Origin: Leucoraja ocellata
Lineage: Eukaryota
Direction: 5' to 3'
Length of the DNA: 64,000 nt
NCBI GenBank assembly: GCA_036785375.1
Contig: JAWMAR010000064.1
Coordinates: 9,052,001 to 9,116,000 of the forward strand
Positions 12,695-24,991 of this stretch are shown here, one piece after another. The translations under genes were made by a program, and so were the position numbers. The stretch's first letter is position 1; the number at the start of each line of letters is the position of its first letter. The notes beneath the pieces are model-generated. The model was not told where the DNA came from. It worked only from the letters and a program-made list of their open reading frames with translations, and searched no databases.

Positions 12695-12971
12695 AAGGTT
12701 GTTTACTTAACAATCAACTTGCATAAAACTGAGATGCTGAAGCCACGTGAAAGAGTGACTGACTTTACTGAATCTGAAATGGCATGCGTGGCAGACCCAA
12801 ATTTGTAATAGTAATAAATAATAGTATTAGGACTGAAAATGAATTTAAAATAAAAAAGTGTACTTCATGTTTCTGCACCAGTTATGTGCTAATTTTTAAG
12901 GTCTGGATTAACTATAGTGTCTTTCAGTTGAACTAGGCTTGTTGTAACAAATGTGACCATTATTTTTTATT

Positions 12972-13312
12972 AATAGACAATAGACAATAGGTGCAGTAGT
13001 AGGCCATTCGGCCCTTCGAGCCAGCACCACCATTCAATGTGATCATGGCTGATCATCCCCAATCTGGACCCCGTTCCTGCCTTCTCCCCATATCCCCTGA
13101 CTCCGCTATCTTTAAGACCCGTATCCAGCTCTCTCTTGAAAGTATCCAGAGAACCTGCCTCCACAGCCCTCTGAGGCAGATAATTCCACAGACTCACAAC
13201 TCTCTGTGAGAAAAAGTGTTTCCTCATCTTCGTTCTAAAAGGCTTACCCCTTATTCTTAAACTGTTCTGGATTCCCCCAACATCGGGAACATGTTTCCTA
13301 CCTCTAGCGTTT
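12972..13312 (-). mobile_element. CR1 (HER1-like) LINE 3' end
   Basis: ORF 12970-13317 has SLRIRGKPFRTKMRKHFFSQRVVSLWN, the CR1 ORF2 C-terminus. Confidence 0.85.
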
Positions 13313-13726
13313 ATCAAAAAAAGTAATTGTTTAATAGTATGTATTGAAATGCTGAAGCTATTCCTGGGGAAGATATTCCAATAAAACAGCGTTAAGATCT
13401 TTTAATAATGAAAGGCTCACCACAAACTATTGCATGAAAAATATTAAAATCACAGATTTAGTTATTTCATATTCTATATAATTTAGAATTTTTTGCAGAC
13501 TGTCCCTTTCAATTCATTCTTGTACATTGATACCAGATATCTCTGCCATCTGAAGTATTCACTTGATCCTCAAGACCTTGGTAAGCTATGCATACCTTGG
13601 ATAACCACACTGAGGGACAAGCTATGGCCTGTGCCATTTTGGAGTGCAATAAGTGAGGCAGAACATCAACTTTGGTTTTGGTTTAAGATACATTTCTTAA
13701 GCAAGTATATATTACACTTCAGCATT

Positions 13727-14918
13727 GGGAAGTGGCGGCGCTGTTAACAGCTGCGGCTCGCCTGCAGTCCGTCTGTCTTTACTTTTTTCTGTTGTTTTTT
13801 TTGTCTTGTTTTGGTTAAGTTTTAGTTTGTTGGGTTGTGTTAGAGGGGGTGAAACATGTTCTCTGTCTCTTCCTTCGGGGGAATGCGACTTTTTCGTGTC
13901 GTATCCCCCTTCTCTGCCTACGTCTGCGCTGAGGCCTAATGGCGGAGCTGGCGGCCTCCAACCTGCGACCGACCCCGAGGCTCTGGAGGCAGAGCCAGCC
14001 AGGACTCACCAATGAGAGGCTGGCCGTCTTTGGGGCTAAGGCAGCGGTGGCCCGACTTGCTGGTGCGGCGTCCTGGCTTTCGGCGGCGGCCTGGAGCTGA
14101 TGCAGCGGGGCTCGGAGCTGAGACTGCGGGACCCAGAGCTGGGGCGGCGGCCTGGAGCTGGGGCAGCGGCCCGGAGCAGAGACTGCGGGCACCGGAGCGG
14201 AGACTGCGGGACCCGGAGCTGGGGTGGCGGCCCGGAGCGGAGACTGCGGGCACCGGAGCGGAGACTGCGGGACCCGGAGCTGGGGTGGCGGCCCGGAGCG
14301 GAGACTGCGGGGCTCGGAGGTGAGACTGCGGGACCCGGAGCTGGGGCGGTGGCTCGGAGCGGAGACTGCGGGACCTGGAGCTGGGGTGGCGGCCCGGAGC
14401 GGAGACTGCGGGCACCGGAGCGGAGACTGCGGGACCTGGAGCTGGGGTGGCGGCCCGGATCGGAGACTGCGGGACCCGGAGCTGGGGCGGCGACTCGGAG
14501 CTGAGACTGCGGGCACCGGATCGGAGACTGCGGAACCTGGAGCTGAGGCGGCGGCCCGGAGCGGAGACGGTGGGACCTGGAGCTGGGGCGGCTGCCCGGA
14601 GCTGATGGTGTGGCGGGCCGTCTCGGAGACGGCGTTCCGGCGTTCGGCGGCGGCGACATCACCACGGAGGTCCGCTGGACTGGAGAGCGGCATCTTCAGC
14701 CTGGATCGATCGCCTCAGCGCAGAGGGAGAACAAGGAGGGAAGAGACGGAGACTAAGACTTTGCCTCCATCACAGTGAGGATGTGCTTGGTGAACTCACT
14801 GTGGTGGATGTTTAATTTGTGTTTATTGTATGTTTTGTTATTATTGATTCTGTGTATGACTGCAGGCAACATAATTTCGTTCAGACCGAAAGGTCTGAAT
14901 GACAATAAAGGATCTATC
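13727..14918 (+). mobile_element. Non-autonomous retroposon with Rex1-like tail and internal GC-rich minisatellite
   Basis: 3' part CCATCACAGTGAGG...CACTGTGGTGGATGT...AATAAAG is shared with 27640-28205 and with the inserts at 5896-6065 and 8190-8492. Confidence 0.6.
14085..14630. repeat. GC-rich minisatellite with alternating ~21-bp subunits
   Basis: Repeated GGAGCGGAGACTGCGGGACCC / GGAGCTGGGGTGGCGGCCC; open in several frames on both strands. Confidence 0.95.
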
Positions 14919-15129
14919 TAAATGTGTGAAATGAATCCAGGGTGTGATCCTGGACCCCGGGTCCTGTCTGCATGGAGTTTGCACGATCCTCCTGTGACCA
15001 CAGTGCTCAGTTTTCTTCCCACATCCCAAAGATACGATACGATACGCAAACTTACATTTAAAATTAAATTAAAAGTGAAAACAAAAAGAAAAGACAATTG
15101 AATGAAATCAGACAGATCAAAAAAGAAAG

Positions 15130-15470
15130 TTGTGCTTATCTAGTGCACTTCAAGACTTAAGGATACCTTAAAGCATTTTGCAGCCAATAAAGTAATTTTT
15201 GGACAGTGATAACTTATAATATAGGAACAGCAGCCAAATTGTGTACATCAATTTCTTCCAACAGCAACCAGATAATGAATGGATACATTATTTTCATGTT
15301 ATTGACTAAGGGATAATTATTGGATAGGACACTAGGGATACGAGGGATAACTCTTCTGCTCTTCGAGTTAGTGCCAATTGATGTTTCACATCCACTGGAA
15401 AGATCAATTTAATGTCCTATCCATATGTTGGCATTGTAATGTTGCACTGGAGTTTCAGCACTGAGTTTGT
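15130..15470 (-). mobile_element. Old DeuSINE relic
   Basis: CAAATTGTGTACA...AACAGCAA...GATAATGA...ATAACTCTTCTGCTCTTC...AGTGCCA...CATCCAC; similar to 5810-6260 and 37520-37800. Confidence 0.55.
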
Positions 15471-15472
15471 CG

Positions 15473-16200
15473 AGTCAAGTCAAGTCAACTTTATTTGTCA
15501 CATACACATACAAGATGTACAGTGAAATGAAAGTGGCAAGGCCTGCGGGATTGTGGAAAACAACAGAACCGCAGAACAGAACAGAACCAATATTTACATT
15601 TTTTTTAAAAGACACAACAGTAATTACTCCCTGTTGAGATCAGAGTTTACAGTCCCGATGGCTTGTGGGAAGAAACTCCGTCTCATCCTCACTGTTTTCG
15701 CAGCTTGACAGCAGAGGCGCTTGCCTGACCGGAGCAGCTGGAACAGTCCGTTGCTGGGGTGTTAGGGGTCCTTCATGATCTTAGTGGCTGTGGATCTGCA
15801 CCCGCTGGTGTATAGGTCCTGCAGGGAGGTGAGTGTGGTTCCCATGGTGCGTTTGGCCGAACGCACTACTCTCTGCAGAGCCCTTCCTGTCCTGGGCAGA
15901 GCTGTTGCCAAACCAGATCGAGATGTTTCCAGACAGGGTGCTTTCTACAGCACCAGAGTAGAAGCGCTGAAGGATCCTCAGAGAGACTCTGAATTTTCAC
16001 AGCTGCCTGAGGTTGTAAAGGCATTGCCTTGCCTTACTCACCAGTGCGGCAGTGTGTGATGTCCATGTCAGATCCTCTGTGGTGGACTTCCAGGATTTAA
16101 AGCTGCTCACCTATCCACAGTAATCCCATTTATCCCCAGTGGCATGTACGTCCTTGGTTGTTGTGCCCTTCTAAGTCCACAATCCTTAGTTTTAGCAACA
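15473..16200 (-). mobile_element. Rex1/Babar LINE 3' fragment
   Basis: Minus-strand translation includes RMRRSFFPQAI; (TTGAC)n tail. Confidence 0.75.
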
Positions 16201-16299
16201 TTTTGTATTCTGGTGTTTGTAATGGTTCTTTAGCACACTAGTTTCCTAATTAAATGCATGGTTTTAGGCATTGAGTGAAATAGCAGCTTTAAGTTTGAT

Positions 16300-16920
16300 G
16301 TCAAGGAACTGCAGGTGCTGAACTCATAAAAGTTCTGGATCAACTCCCCGGGGTCAGGCAGAATCTATGGAGGGAATGCATTGGCAATGTTTTGGGTCGG
16401 TACCCTTCTTTCGACTGACTCTAGCAGTGGAGAAGGAAGCTGAAAAGGAGGNNNNNNNNNNNNNNNNNNNNNNNNNNNNNNNNNNNNNNNNNNNNNNNNN
16501 NNNNNNNNNNNNNNNNNNNNNNNNNNNNNNNNNNNNNNNNNNNNNNNNNNNNNNNNNNNNNNNNNNNNNNNNNNNNNNNNNNNNNNNNNNNNNNNNNNNN
16601 NNNNNNNNNNNNNNNNNNNNNNNNNNNNNNNNNNNNNNNNNNNNNNNNNNNNNNNNNNNNNNNNNNNNNNNNNNNNNNNNNNNNNNNNNNNNNNNNNNNN
16701 NNNNNNNNNNGGCTGGAGTAAGTGACAAAGGTTAGAGATGCAAAGGAGACAAAATGGTATCATATAAGGACAGAAGAGGAATTAAATATAAAGCCAGGAG
16801 GGGTGTGGGGGGGGGGGATTAGAGGTTAACAGTGAAAGAAATGGACAGGGTGAAAGGAGGCAGAATAGTGGGAAGAAATTAGTGTACAGAAAAGACATAG
16901 GGGTAAGGTCAAGTGCGGGT

Positions 16921-16951
<31 letters not shown>

Positions 16952-17010
16952 AGGGTTCCTGGAAATTTGAGAGTGCAATGTTCATGTCTTTGGGTGATAA
17001 GGTGCCCGAG
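16300..17010 (-). mobile_element. Penelope-like element 3' region (GIY-YIG C-terminus plus pLTR), spanning a gap
   Basis: Minus strand reads LGTLSPKDMNIALSNF, typical of the Penelope ORF end, then a pyrimidine-rich UTR and the short repeat seen throughout the window. Confidence 0.65.
16452..16710. other. Assembly gap (N run)
   Basis: Run of N. Confidence 1.
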
Positions 17011-17422
17011 CTTTAAATGTCCAGATTGAAATCAGGTGGAATATACGATCAGAGATGAAATGTCCAAATTTGCCAAGGAAAAGAAATGTAAACTTATTTC
17101 TCATAATCCTTCCAGTGGTAACTGGATATAACATGACTAGTTTGTATGGCATTCAAAACTAATCTTGCTTTAATAACTTCGACAACCAGCTCAGTGCATC
17201 TCCTGGTTTAGTTGCAAATGGCAAAGATTGAAAGTTTATAAATGTTTTGGAGACAGTAAAACACGAACAAAAGTACCCCTAGCAACGAAAACCTTTAAAA
17301 TTCTCTGAATTCCGTTTAATAGAATGAATTTCAGGGACAATGACAAAGAAACTTAACATCTTGGCAGACTGTTTTAAATTATCCTAAAATGTTTTCATAA
17401 AAATATCTAGGTTAACACATAT

Positions 17423-17612
17423 AGACACAAGGATGCTGGTTTACCAAGAAATTACGCAGTCTGCTGGAGTGACTCAGCAGGTCAGGCAGCAACTCTGGAG
17501 GACAAGAATAGGCAACAATTCAGGTCGCTCTGAAGAAGGATCCCATCCCACAGCGTTGCCTATCCATGTTCTCCAGTGATAAAGCCTGACCTGCAAAGTT
17601 AATCCAGCACTT
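17423..17612. mobile_element. Diverged inverted pair of the Penelope-derived repeat
   Basis: GCTGGAGTGACTCAGCAGGTCAGGC...CTGAAGAAGGATCC...GCCTGACCTGC...CCAGCA. Confidence 0.6.
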
Positions 17613-17659
17613 AAGTGGCAGGGAGTGGCAGGGAGTAAGGAAGAACTGTTGGACTGAAT

Positions 17660-20418
17660 GGATTTATTTTAAGACAAGATGTCTATGGATAAGGAGCATG
17701 AACTCAGGGCATGGATTGGTACATTGTAATCATTACGGGAACCAATCTAAGAAAGGGGCAGGACTGGCAGCTTAACATTCCAGTGTCCAGGTGTTACAGG
17801 AGAGAAAGAGGTGGGGGTAAAAGAGCTAAAGAATGCTTTATTCATTTAGGAGAATGTCATGGTGGTAGTCAAAGATGACATTACTAATGGCTCGGCCAGT
17901 GAGGCTACATGGATGGATCTGAGAAATAAAAGGGATGATCACCTAGTTGGGAATGTACTATCAAACAGTCAATGATAATTAGAAGAGCAAATATGCCGGG
18001 ATATTGCAGGCAGCTGCAAGACTTACAAGGTTGACATGGCAGGGCATTTTAACTTTCCCAATATAGACTGGAAATGTCATGGTGCCAAGGGCTTAGATGG
18101 GGTGGAATTTACCAAATCGGTTCAGGAAAGGTTTCTCAGACAATATGTAGAGGGCCCTACATGGGAGAGGGCAAACTTGTACGAATGTTAGGAAACTGGG
18201 AGGGCAAGTGACTGAAGTGTCAGTGGGAAAGCCTTTTGGAACCAGCGGTCACTATTGTATTACCTTTAAAATAGTTATGTATAAAGACAGGGCAAGCCCA
18301 CGGGTTCAAATTCTGAAGATAAACACAAAATGCTGGAGTAACTCAGCAGGACAGGCGGGCAGAGAAGGAATGGCTGAAGTTTAGGGTCGAGACCTTTCTT
18401 CAGGCTCAAATTTCAGACAGACTTCTTTCAGACTTAAAATTGGCCAAATTTGATGGTATTTAACAGGAACTTGGTGAGGTTGATTGGAGTAGGTTGTTTG
18501 TGTGCAAAATAAACCTCCAGAGAATGGGATGCTTTTAAAAGTGTGATGTCAAATGTTCAGGGCATACATGTCCGTATTAGAATGAAGGGCAATCAGGTGA
18601 AGGGCAGTAAGGAAGCTTGGATGATGAGAGAAATTAAGGCTCCGGTCAGGAAAAAGAAGGAGGCACAGGACAGGAATAGGCACCTGGAATCAGGTGTATT
18701 CTGGAGGAGTTTCAGCAACTGAGGAGCATACGTAAGATAGAAATCAGGAGGGCAAAAATGGGGCAGGAGATACTGTGGCTCTGACAGATAATATTAAGGA
18801 CAATCCAAAGAAATGTTAGGTCAAATAAGGGGAAAAGGGTTACTAGAGAGGGGATAGGAACCTTCCGAAACCAAAAGATTGAGTTCACCTCCCTCACATG
18901 TCAGATCTCTCTATGGAGAAACGCTGGAGATGGGCATATCTGTGACCATAAGATAAGCCTGTGACGGAGGAATCAGTGCTGGGCCCATTGCTGTTTGTGG
19001 TTTATATTTGGATGAGAATGTACAAGGCAAGATTAGTAAGTTTGCAGATGATGCTAAAGTGGGTGTTATGGTAGAAAGCAAAGACGGTTGTCATGAAATA
19101 CAACAGAATCGTAATCAGTTGGGCAAGTGGGCTGAGGAATGGTTAATGGAGTTTAATGAAAATATAGTGTGAGGTGTTGCATTTTGGGAAGTCAAACCAG
19201 GGCAGGACTTTCATAGTGAGTCGCAGGGCCCTGGGGAGTGTTGTAGAGCAGAAGGATCTAGGAGTATAAGTATGTGGTTCCTTGAAAGCCGTGTCACAAG
19301 TAGATGGAGTGGTCGAGAAGGCTCTTGGTACATTGGCTTTTATCAATCTGGGCATTGCGTATAGAAGTTGGGATGTTATGTCATAGTTGCACAAGATGTT
19401 GGTGAGGCCACATTTAGAATATCGTGCTCAATTTTGATCACCCTGCTATAGGAAGGATGCTAAAGGTGGGAAATAGTGCAGTGAAGATTCACGAGGATGT
19501 AGCCAGGACTTGAGGGCCTGAGCTATAGGGAGAGGTTGGGCAGGCTAGGACTTTATTCCTTGGAGCGCAAGAGAATGAAGGGTGATCTTATAGGGTGCAT
19601 AAGATCATGAGGGGAATAAATGGAGTAAATGCACAGTCTTTTGCTCAGAATAGGGGTATCAAGGAAACGAGGACAAAGGTTTAAGGTGAGACTTAATTGG
19701 AACCTGAGGGGCGGGTTTTTCACAGAGTGTGGTGGCTATATGTGGTCTCATCGCAGACCCTCGGACTATCTTCAATCAGGTTTTACTGTACTTTATCTTG
19801 TACTAAACATGATTCCCTTTATTATGTATCAGTATAGTGTGGATGGCTGGATTGTGATCATTTATTGTCTTTCCGCTGACTTGTTAGCACGCAACAAAAG
19901 CTTTTCACTTTACCTTGCTACACGTGACAATAAACTAAACCTTATGGAATGAGCTGCCAGAGATGGTAATTGAGGCAGGTACAATTACAACATTCATGAG
20001 ACATTTGGACAGGTACATGGATAGGAAAGGTTTAGGGAGATATGGACTAAACACAGGCAGGTTGGACTAGTGTTCAAGAAGGAACTGCAGATGCTGGTGA
20101 ATCGAAGGTAGACAAAATTGCTGGAGAAACTCAGCGGGTGCGGCAGCATCTATGGAGCGAAGGAAAGAGGCTACGTTTCTGGCTGAAACCGTTCTTCTGA
20201 CTGAATTCAGATTATTCAGATTGAGTCTGAAGAAGGGTTTTGGGCCGAAAAGTCGCCTCTTTCCTTTGTTCCATAGATGCTACCGCACCCGCTGAGTTTC
20301 TCCAGCAATTTTGTCTACATCAGTTTGGACTAGTGTAGTTTGGGCATTTTGGTCGGCATGGGCAAGTTAGGCTGAAGAGCCTGTTTCCGTACTGTATGAC
20401 ACTATGATGCTTTCTATG
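17660..20418 (+). mobile_element. Decayed CR1 LINE ORF2 (endonuclease, partial RT, 3' UTR) with nested inserts
   Basis: ELRAWIG, FNFPNIDW and ISKFADDAKVG motifs, many stops, internal deletion near 18900; inserts at 18318-18432, 19745-19940 and 20074-20324. Confidence 0.85.
20074..20324. mobile_element. TSD-flanked inverted pair of the Penelope-derived repeat
   Basis: ~95-bp inverted arms; direct repeat TTGGACTAGTGT at 20062-20073 and 20325-20336. Confidence 0.8.
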
Positions 20419-20460
20419 ATTCTACTTCTATCTCACTTCCAGCTTTAGCAAAGACATGCT

Positions 20461-20956
20461 TAGAAACATAGAAACATAGAAATTAGGTGCAGGAGTAGGC
20501 CATTCGGCCCTTCGAGCCTGCACCACCATTCAATATGATCATGGCTGATCATCCAACTCAGTATCCTGTACCTGCCTTCGCTCCATAACCCCTGATCCCT
20601 TTAGCCACAAGGGCCATATCTCCCTCTTAAATATAGCCAATGAATTGGCCTCTACTACCTTCTGTGGCAGAGAATTCCAGAGATTCACCATTCTCTGTGT
20701 GAAAAATGTATTCCTCATCTCGGTCCTAAAAGATTTCCCCCTTATCATTAAACTGTGACCCCTAGTTCTGGACTTCCCCAACATCGGGAACAATCTTCCT
20801 GCAACTAGCATGTCCAACCCCTTAAGAATTTTGTAAGTTTCTATAAGATCCCCCCTCAATCTTCTAAATTCTAGCGAGTACAAGCCGAGTCTATCCAGTC
20901 ATATGAAAGTCATATGAAGGACTTCATATGAAAGTCCTGACATCCCAGGAATCAGT
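20461..20956 (-). mobile_element. CR1 LINE 3' end
   Basis: ORF 20539-20883: YSLEFRRLRGDLIETYKILKGLD...RTRGHSL. Confidence 0.9.
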
Positions 20957-21548
20957 GCATGTGCACCTTTAAAGTTAAGGCCCATATGTGTACACTGGTG
21001 GTGAAATCCTCATGTGATTCATTTTTTGGGATGATTACTAGTTTGATCTGGTGCTCCTGACTGTCTCTGTTGTGTACAGCTCTGAGTACAGATGACAAAT
21101 CAAATGGTAATACAGTTCTTACGGGGCATTTTTACACAGCCAAGATTCCCATTAAATTAACTTCACCAAGATGCAATCTGTAGCCATGGGAGTTTTATAG
21201 CAAAAAGTAATAAAGGTTGGGAGAAATAAATCAACATAGCAGAGATTACAAATTCCCTCTGTACAAATAACCAGTTGAATAAATACTTTTGCCTCGTTCA
21301 TCCAAGGGGAAAATATTCTCTCATGAACATAAGGGATGGATGCAATACACTTATGAAATGAGTTCTGTTTTTTCTTATTACATGGAAGAAAAAAAAGGAA
21401 ATAATGACAAATGTTGAAAATGTAAACCAAAATAGAAAATATTGACATCCTCTTTCTCAATTTGAAGACGGAACTTTGACCTGCAATGTTTATTGGGTTC
21501 TCCTTCCAGAGATTTCTTGACTGGCTGAGTTATTCCAACATTTCATTG

Positions 21549-21903
21549 AGTCATAGAGACATAGAGTGATATGGTGTGGAACCAGGCCCTTCGGCGCAAC
21601 TTGCCCACACCGAACAACATGTCCTATCTACACTAGTCCCACCTGCCTGTGCGTGGTCCATATCCCTCCAAACCTGTCCTATCCATGTCCCTGACTAAAG
21701 TTGGGATTGTCCCCAGCCTCAATTTCCTCCTTTGGCAGGTTGTTCCATACACCCACCACCCTTTGTGTGAAAAAGTTACCCCTCAGATTCTTATTAAATC
21801 TTTTCCCCCTCACCTTAAACCAATGTCCTCTGGTCCTCAATTCCCTTCCTCTGGGCAAGAGACTGTGCATCTACCTGATCTATTCCTCTCATGATTTTAT
21901 ACA
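21549..21903 (-). mobile_element. CR1 LINE 3' end
   Basis: LRTRGHWFKVRGKRFNKNLRGNFFTQRVVGVWN. Confidence 0.85.
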
Positions 21904-22049
21904 CAATTTACATGATTTTATATAATATTTCTGTTTTAAGATTTAAATATTTGAATGGACTGTCTGAGAATATCCAAATGGGTTCAACTTTCATGTTTCA
22001 TCTAGCTGTGGATCGAAACCTGGATTGAAACCTGGATCGAAACTCTGCG

Positions 22050-22530
22050 GCCTCTACTCACTGGAGTTTAGAAGAAAGTGGACTGTTATATGGTTATATG
22101 GTTATATGGTTATATGGTTATATGGTTATATGGTTAAAGAGGGGAGACATCAATGAAATGTACCGAATAGTGAAAGGCTTGGATAGAGTGAAGGTGGAGA
22201 AGATGTTTCTACTAGTGGGAGAGTCTAGGACTAGAGGTCACAGCCTCAGAATTAAAGGACATTCCTTTAGGAAGATGATGAGGAATGTCTTTTGTCAGAG
22301 GGTGGTGAATCTGTGAATCTTTGCCACAGAAGGCTGTAGAGGCCAAGTCAATGGATATTTTTAAGGCAGTGATTGATAGATTCATGATTAGTAGGGATGC
22401 CAATGGTTATGGGGAGAAGGCAGGAGAACGGGGTTAGGAGGGAGAGATAGATCAGCCATGATTGAATGGTGGAGTAGAATTGATGGGGCGAATGGCATAA
22501 TACTGCTGCTATCACATGATCATGATCTTA
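22050..22530 (+). mobile_element. CR1 LINE 3' end with (TATGGT)n insert at 22086-22135
   Basis: RGDINEMYRIVKGLDRV...ESRTRGHSLRIKG. Confidence 0.85.
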
Positions 22531-23247
22531 TGACCTTATGAAACAGTGTGGCCGTGGCGAAGAGAGCAAGATGTGACTGCGGGGAGCAGGTCACACAACA
22601 ACGTAAGTCACAGGTACACTGAGTGACACTGTTGTTGGATGGAGCACTTCAAACAAAGGCAGACATTCCATTGCAAGATTGTTGACCACCCACCCACCCA
22701 CCCACCGGCAGGTATTGGTTAGGTCAGTGTGGTCCCAAATGCGACCTTTGTTTATGGTGCCTGCCGTGTCTCAGCTCAGGCAGCTGGCTGCACTCATAGA
22801 ATGGCTTTGCCAGCTGGAGAAGCCTCAACTCCACACTCTCTGGCTGCGAGAGAATATTCAAGAGAGAAATGAAATAATTCTTAGGGCGAACGCAATCAAT
22901 GGATACGGGGAGAAAGCAGGAATGGGGTACTTATTTTGGATGATCAGCCATGATCATATTGAATGGCGGTGCTGGCTTGAAGGGCCGAATGGCCTACTCC
23001 TGCATCTATTTTCTATGTTTCGATGAGATTGGTGACTGTTCAGGAATGTTTTTGACATTCCCAAGCATTCAGTAATACCTCAAACCTGTTAAAAGCCAAA
23101 TATATTAATGCTTGCACATTTAAATACAGAAAGCCCCATTCTTAGAATGAAAATCAATAAAAAATATTGACACAGTAAAAAAACTCCTGACTCTTCTTCA
23201 AACAGCTGATTGTTCCCATGATTTCCAAAGGCAATTGTGCTGTGTTA

Positions 23248-23925
23248 AGAGTCAATAGTCAAGAGTGTTTTATTGTCATATGTCCCAGATAGGACAATGA
23301 CATTCTTACTTGCAGCAGCACAACAGAATATGTAAACATAGTACACTGTAAACAATATGATAAATGAGAAAAAAAGCATTCAGTGTGTGTACATATATAC
23401 ACATAGCCACATTTACATATATTATATATACATATACACACACATATATGTATATGTTCAGAGGTTATTTGGAGGTTGTAGTGTTTAATAGCCTGATGGC
23501 TGTTGGGAAGAAAGCTGTTCCTGAACCTGGACGTTACTGTTTTCAGGTTGCTGTACCTGCTTCCCGATGGCAGAGGTGAAATGAATGTGTGGCCAGGATG
23601 GTGTGGGTCTCTGTTGATGCTGGCTGCCTTTTTGAGGCAGCGACTCCTGTAAATCCCTTCGATGCTGAGGAGGTCAGAGCCGGTAATGGATTGGGCAGTG
23701 TTCACAACATTTTGCAGTCTTCTTCTCTCCTGTGCATTCAAGTTGATGAACCGAGCCATGATGCAACCAGTCAATATGCTCTCTACTGCGCGCCTGTAGA
23801 AGTTCAAGAGAATCCTCTCTGACACACTGAATCTCCGCAGTCGTCTCCGGAAGTAGAGACATTGGTGGGCTCCTTTGTAATTGCATCAGTGTGATGGGTC
23901 CGGGAAAGATCTTCAGAAATATGCA
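23248..23925 (-). mobile_element. Rex1/Babar LINE 3' fragment
   Basis: ORF 23259-23825: ILLNFYRRAVESILTGCI...DPHHPGH...LPSGSRY...SRFRNSF. Confidence 0.85.
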
Positions 23926-24284
23926 CAGCAGCTGTTGGAAGTTTGCACTCGCCTCTTGGATTCAATGAGCTGGAAGCTGTCAGTTCCACAGATATCCTTG
24001 AATTAGTCTCAATAAACACACTGGTCGAATAGAGGGGGGGGGGGGGGGGGAGTGCCTCAATGGGCGATTCAGCTCCAATACAACACCAGTTCAGATTTCT
24101 CAGCATTTTACGAGTAAGATGTGTGCTGTAGGAGGAGCATTTCTCTGAACACTCCAGGAATACATTGGGTAAATGCACAGAGTAGGGGAATCAAGAACCA
24201 GGGGACATAGGTTGAAGGTGAGAGGCGGGGGAGAAGAATTAATTGGAACCTGAGGAGCAACCTTTTTTACACAAAGGGTGGTAA

Positions 24285-24874
24285 AGGGGCTGTCCCACTT
24301 GGGCAACCTAATTGGCGTTTAGAAGAGTTTAGGACAGTTTGAAAAAATGACATGTTGAAGACCTCCTTCGACTATGTAGAAGACCTCATTCGACCTCCTT
24401 TGGCTATGTTGAAGACCAGCTTCGACCAACTACGACTCGCTACGACTAACTTCGGAAAAATTGGACACAGAATAGTGGAGAGTGAAGTCGACCTCCTTCG
24501 ACCTCCCTTCGACCTCCCTTCGACTATGATGAAGACTATCTACGACAACCTTTGATTACCTTTAACTACCCTTGATTACCTACGAATAACATGACAACCT
24601 ACTATGACCTACTACGACCTATTACAATCTACTACGTCTAAAAACCTACAAGTTAAAATTGTATTGATTTTTTCATGGCGACCTTTATTTCTCGCGGGCA
24701 TTTTTTAACATATTGAAAAAAACGCCCCGATCTGAGGCCTCGAGTACGCGGGGACTACTCTCGAGCATGAAGGAGAGTTACAAAGACCTCCTATGACCTC
24801 GTGTCGACCATGAGTCGAGCGAGGGCAAACTCACCAGAACTCACGGATTAGGTCGCCCAAGTGGGACAGGCCCT
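24285..24874. mobile_element. PIF/Harbinger-type non-autonomous element
   Basis: TIRs as at 3698-4130; TAA TSD, confirmed by reconstructing the interrupted CR1. Confidence 0.88.
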
Positions 24875-24991
24875 TAAGTGTACGGGACAAGCTGCCGGAG
24901 GAGGTAGTTAAGGCAGGTGCTATCACAACATTTTTGAAACATTTAGAAAAATACATGGATAGGATAGGTTTAGAGGGATAAGGGCCAAATT

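Noticed and set aside
13815-14778. Long Pro/Ala/Gly-rich ORFs on both strands
   Set aside because: They arise from a stop-free GC minisatellite and show no domain.
16354-16763. ORFs across the N run
   Set aside because: Assembly-gap artefact.
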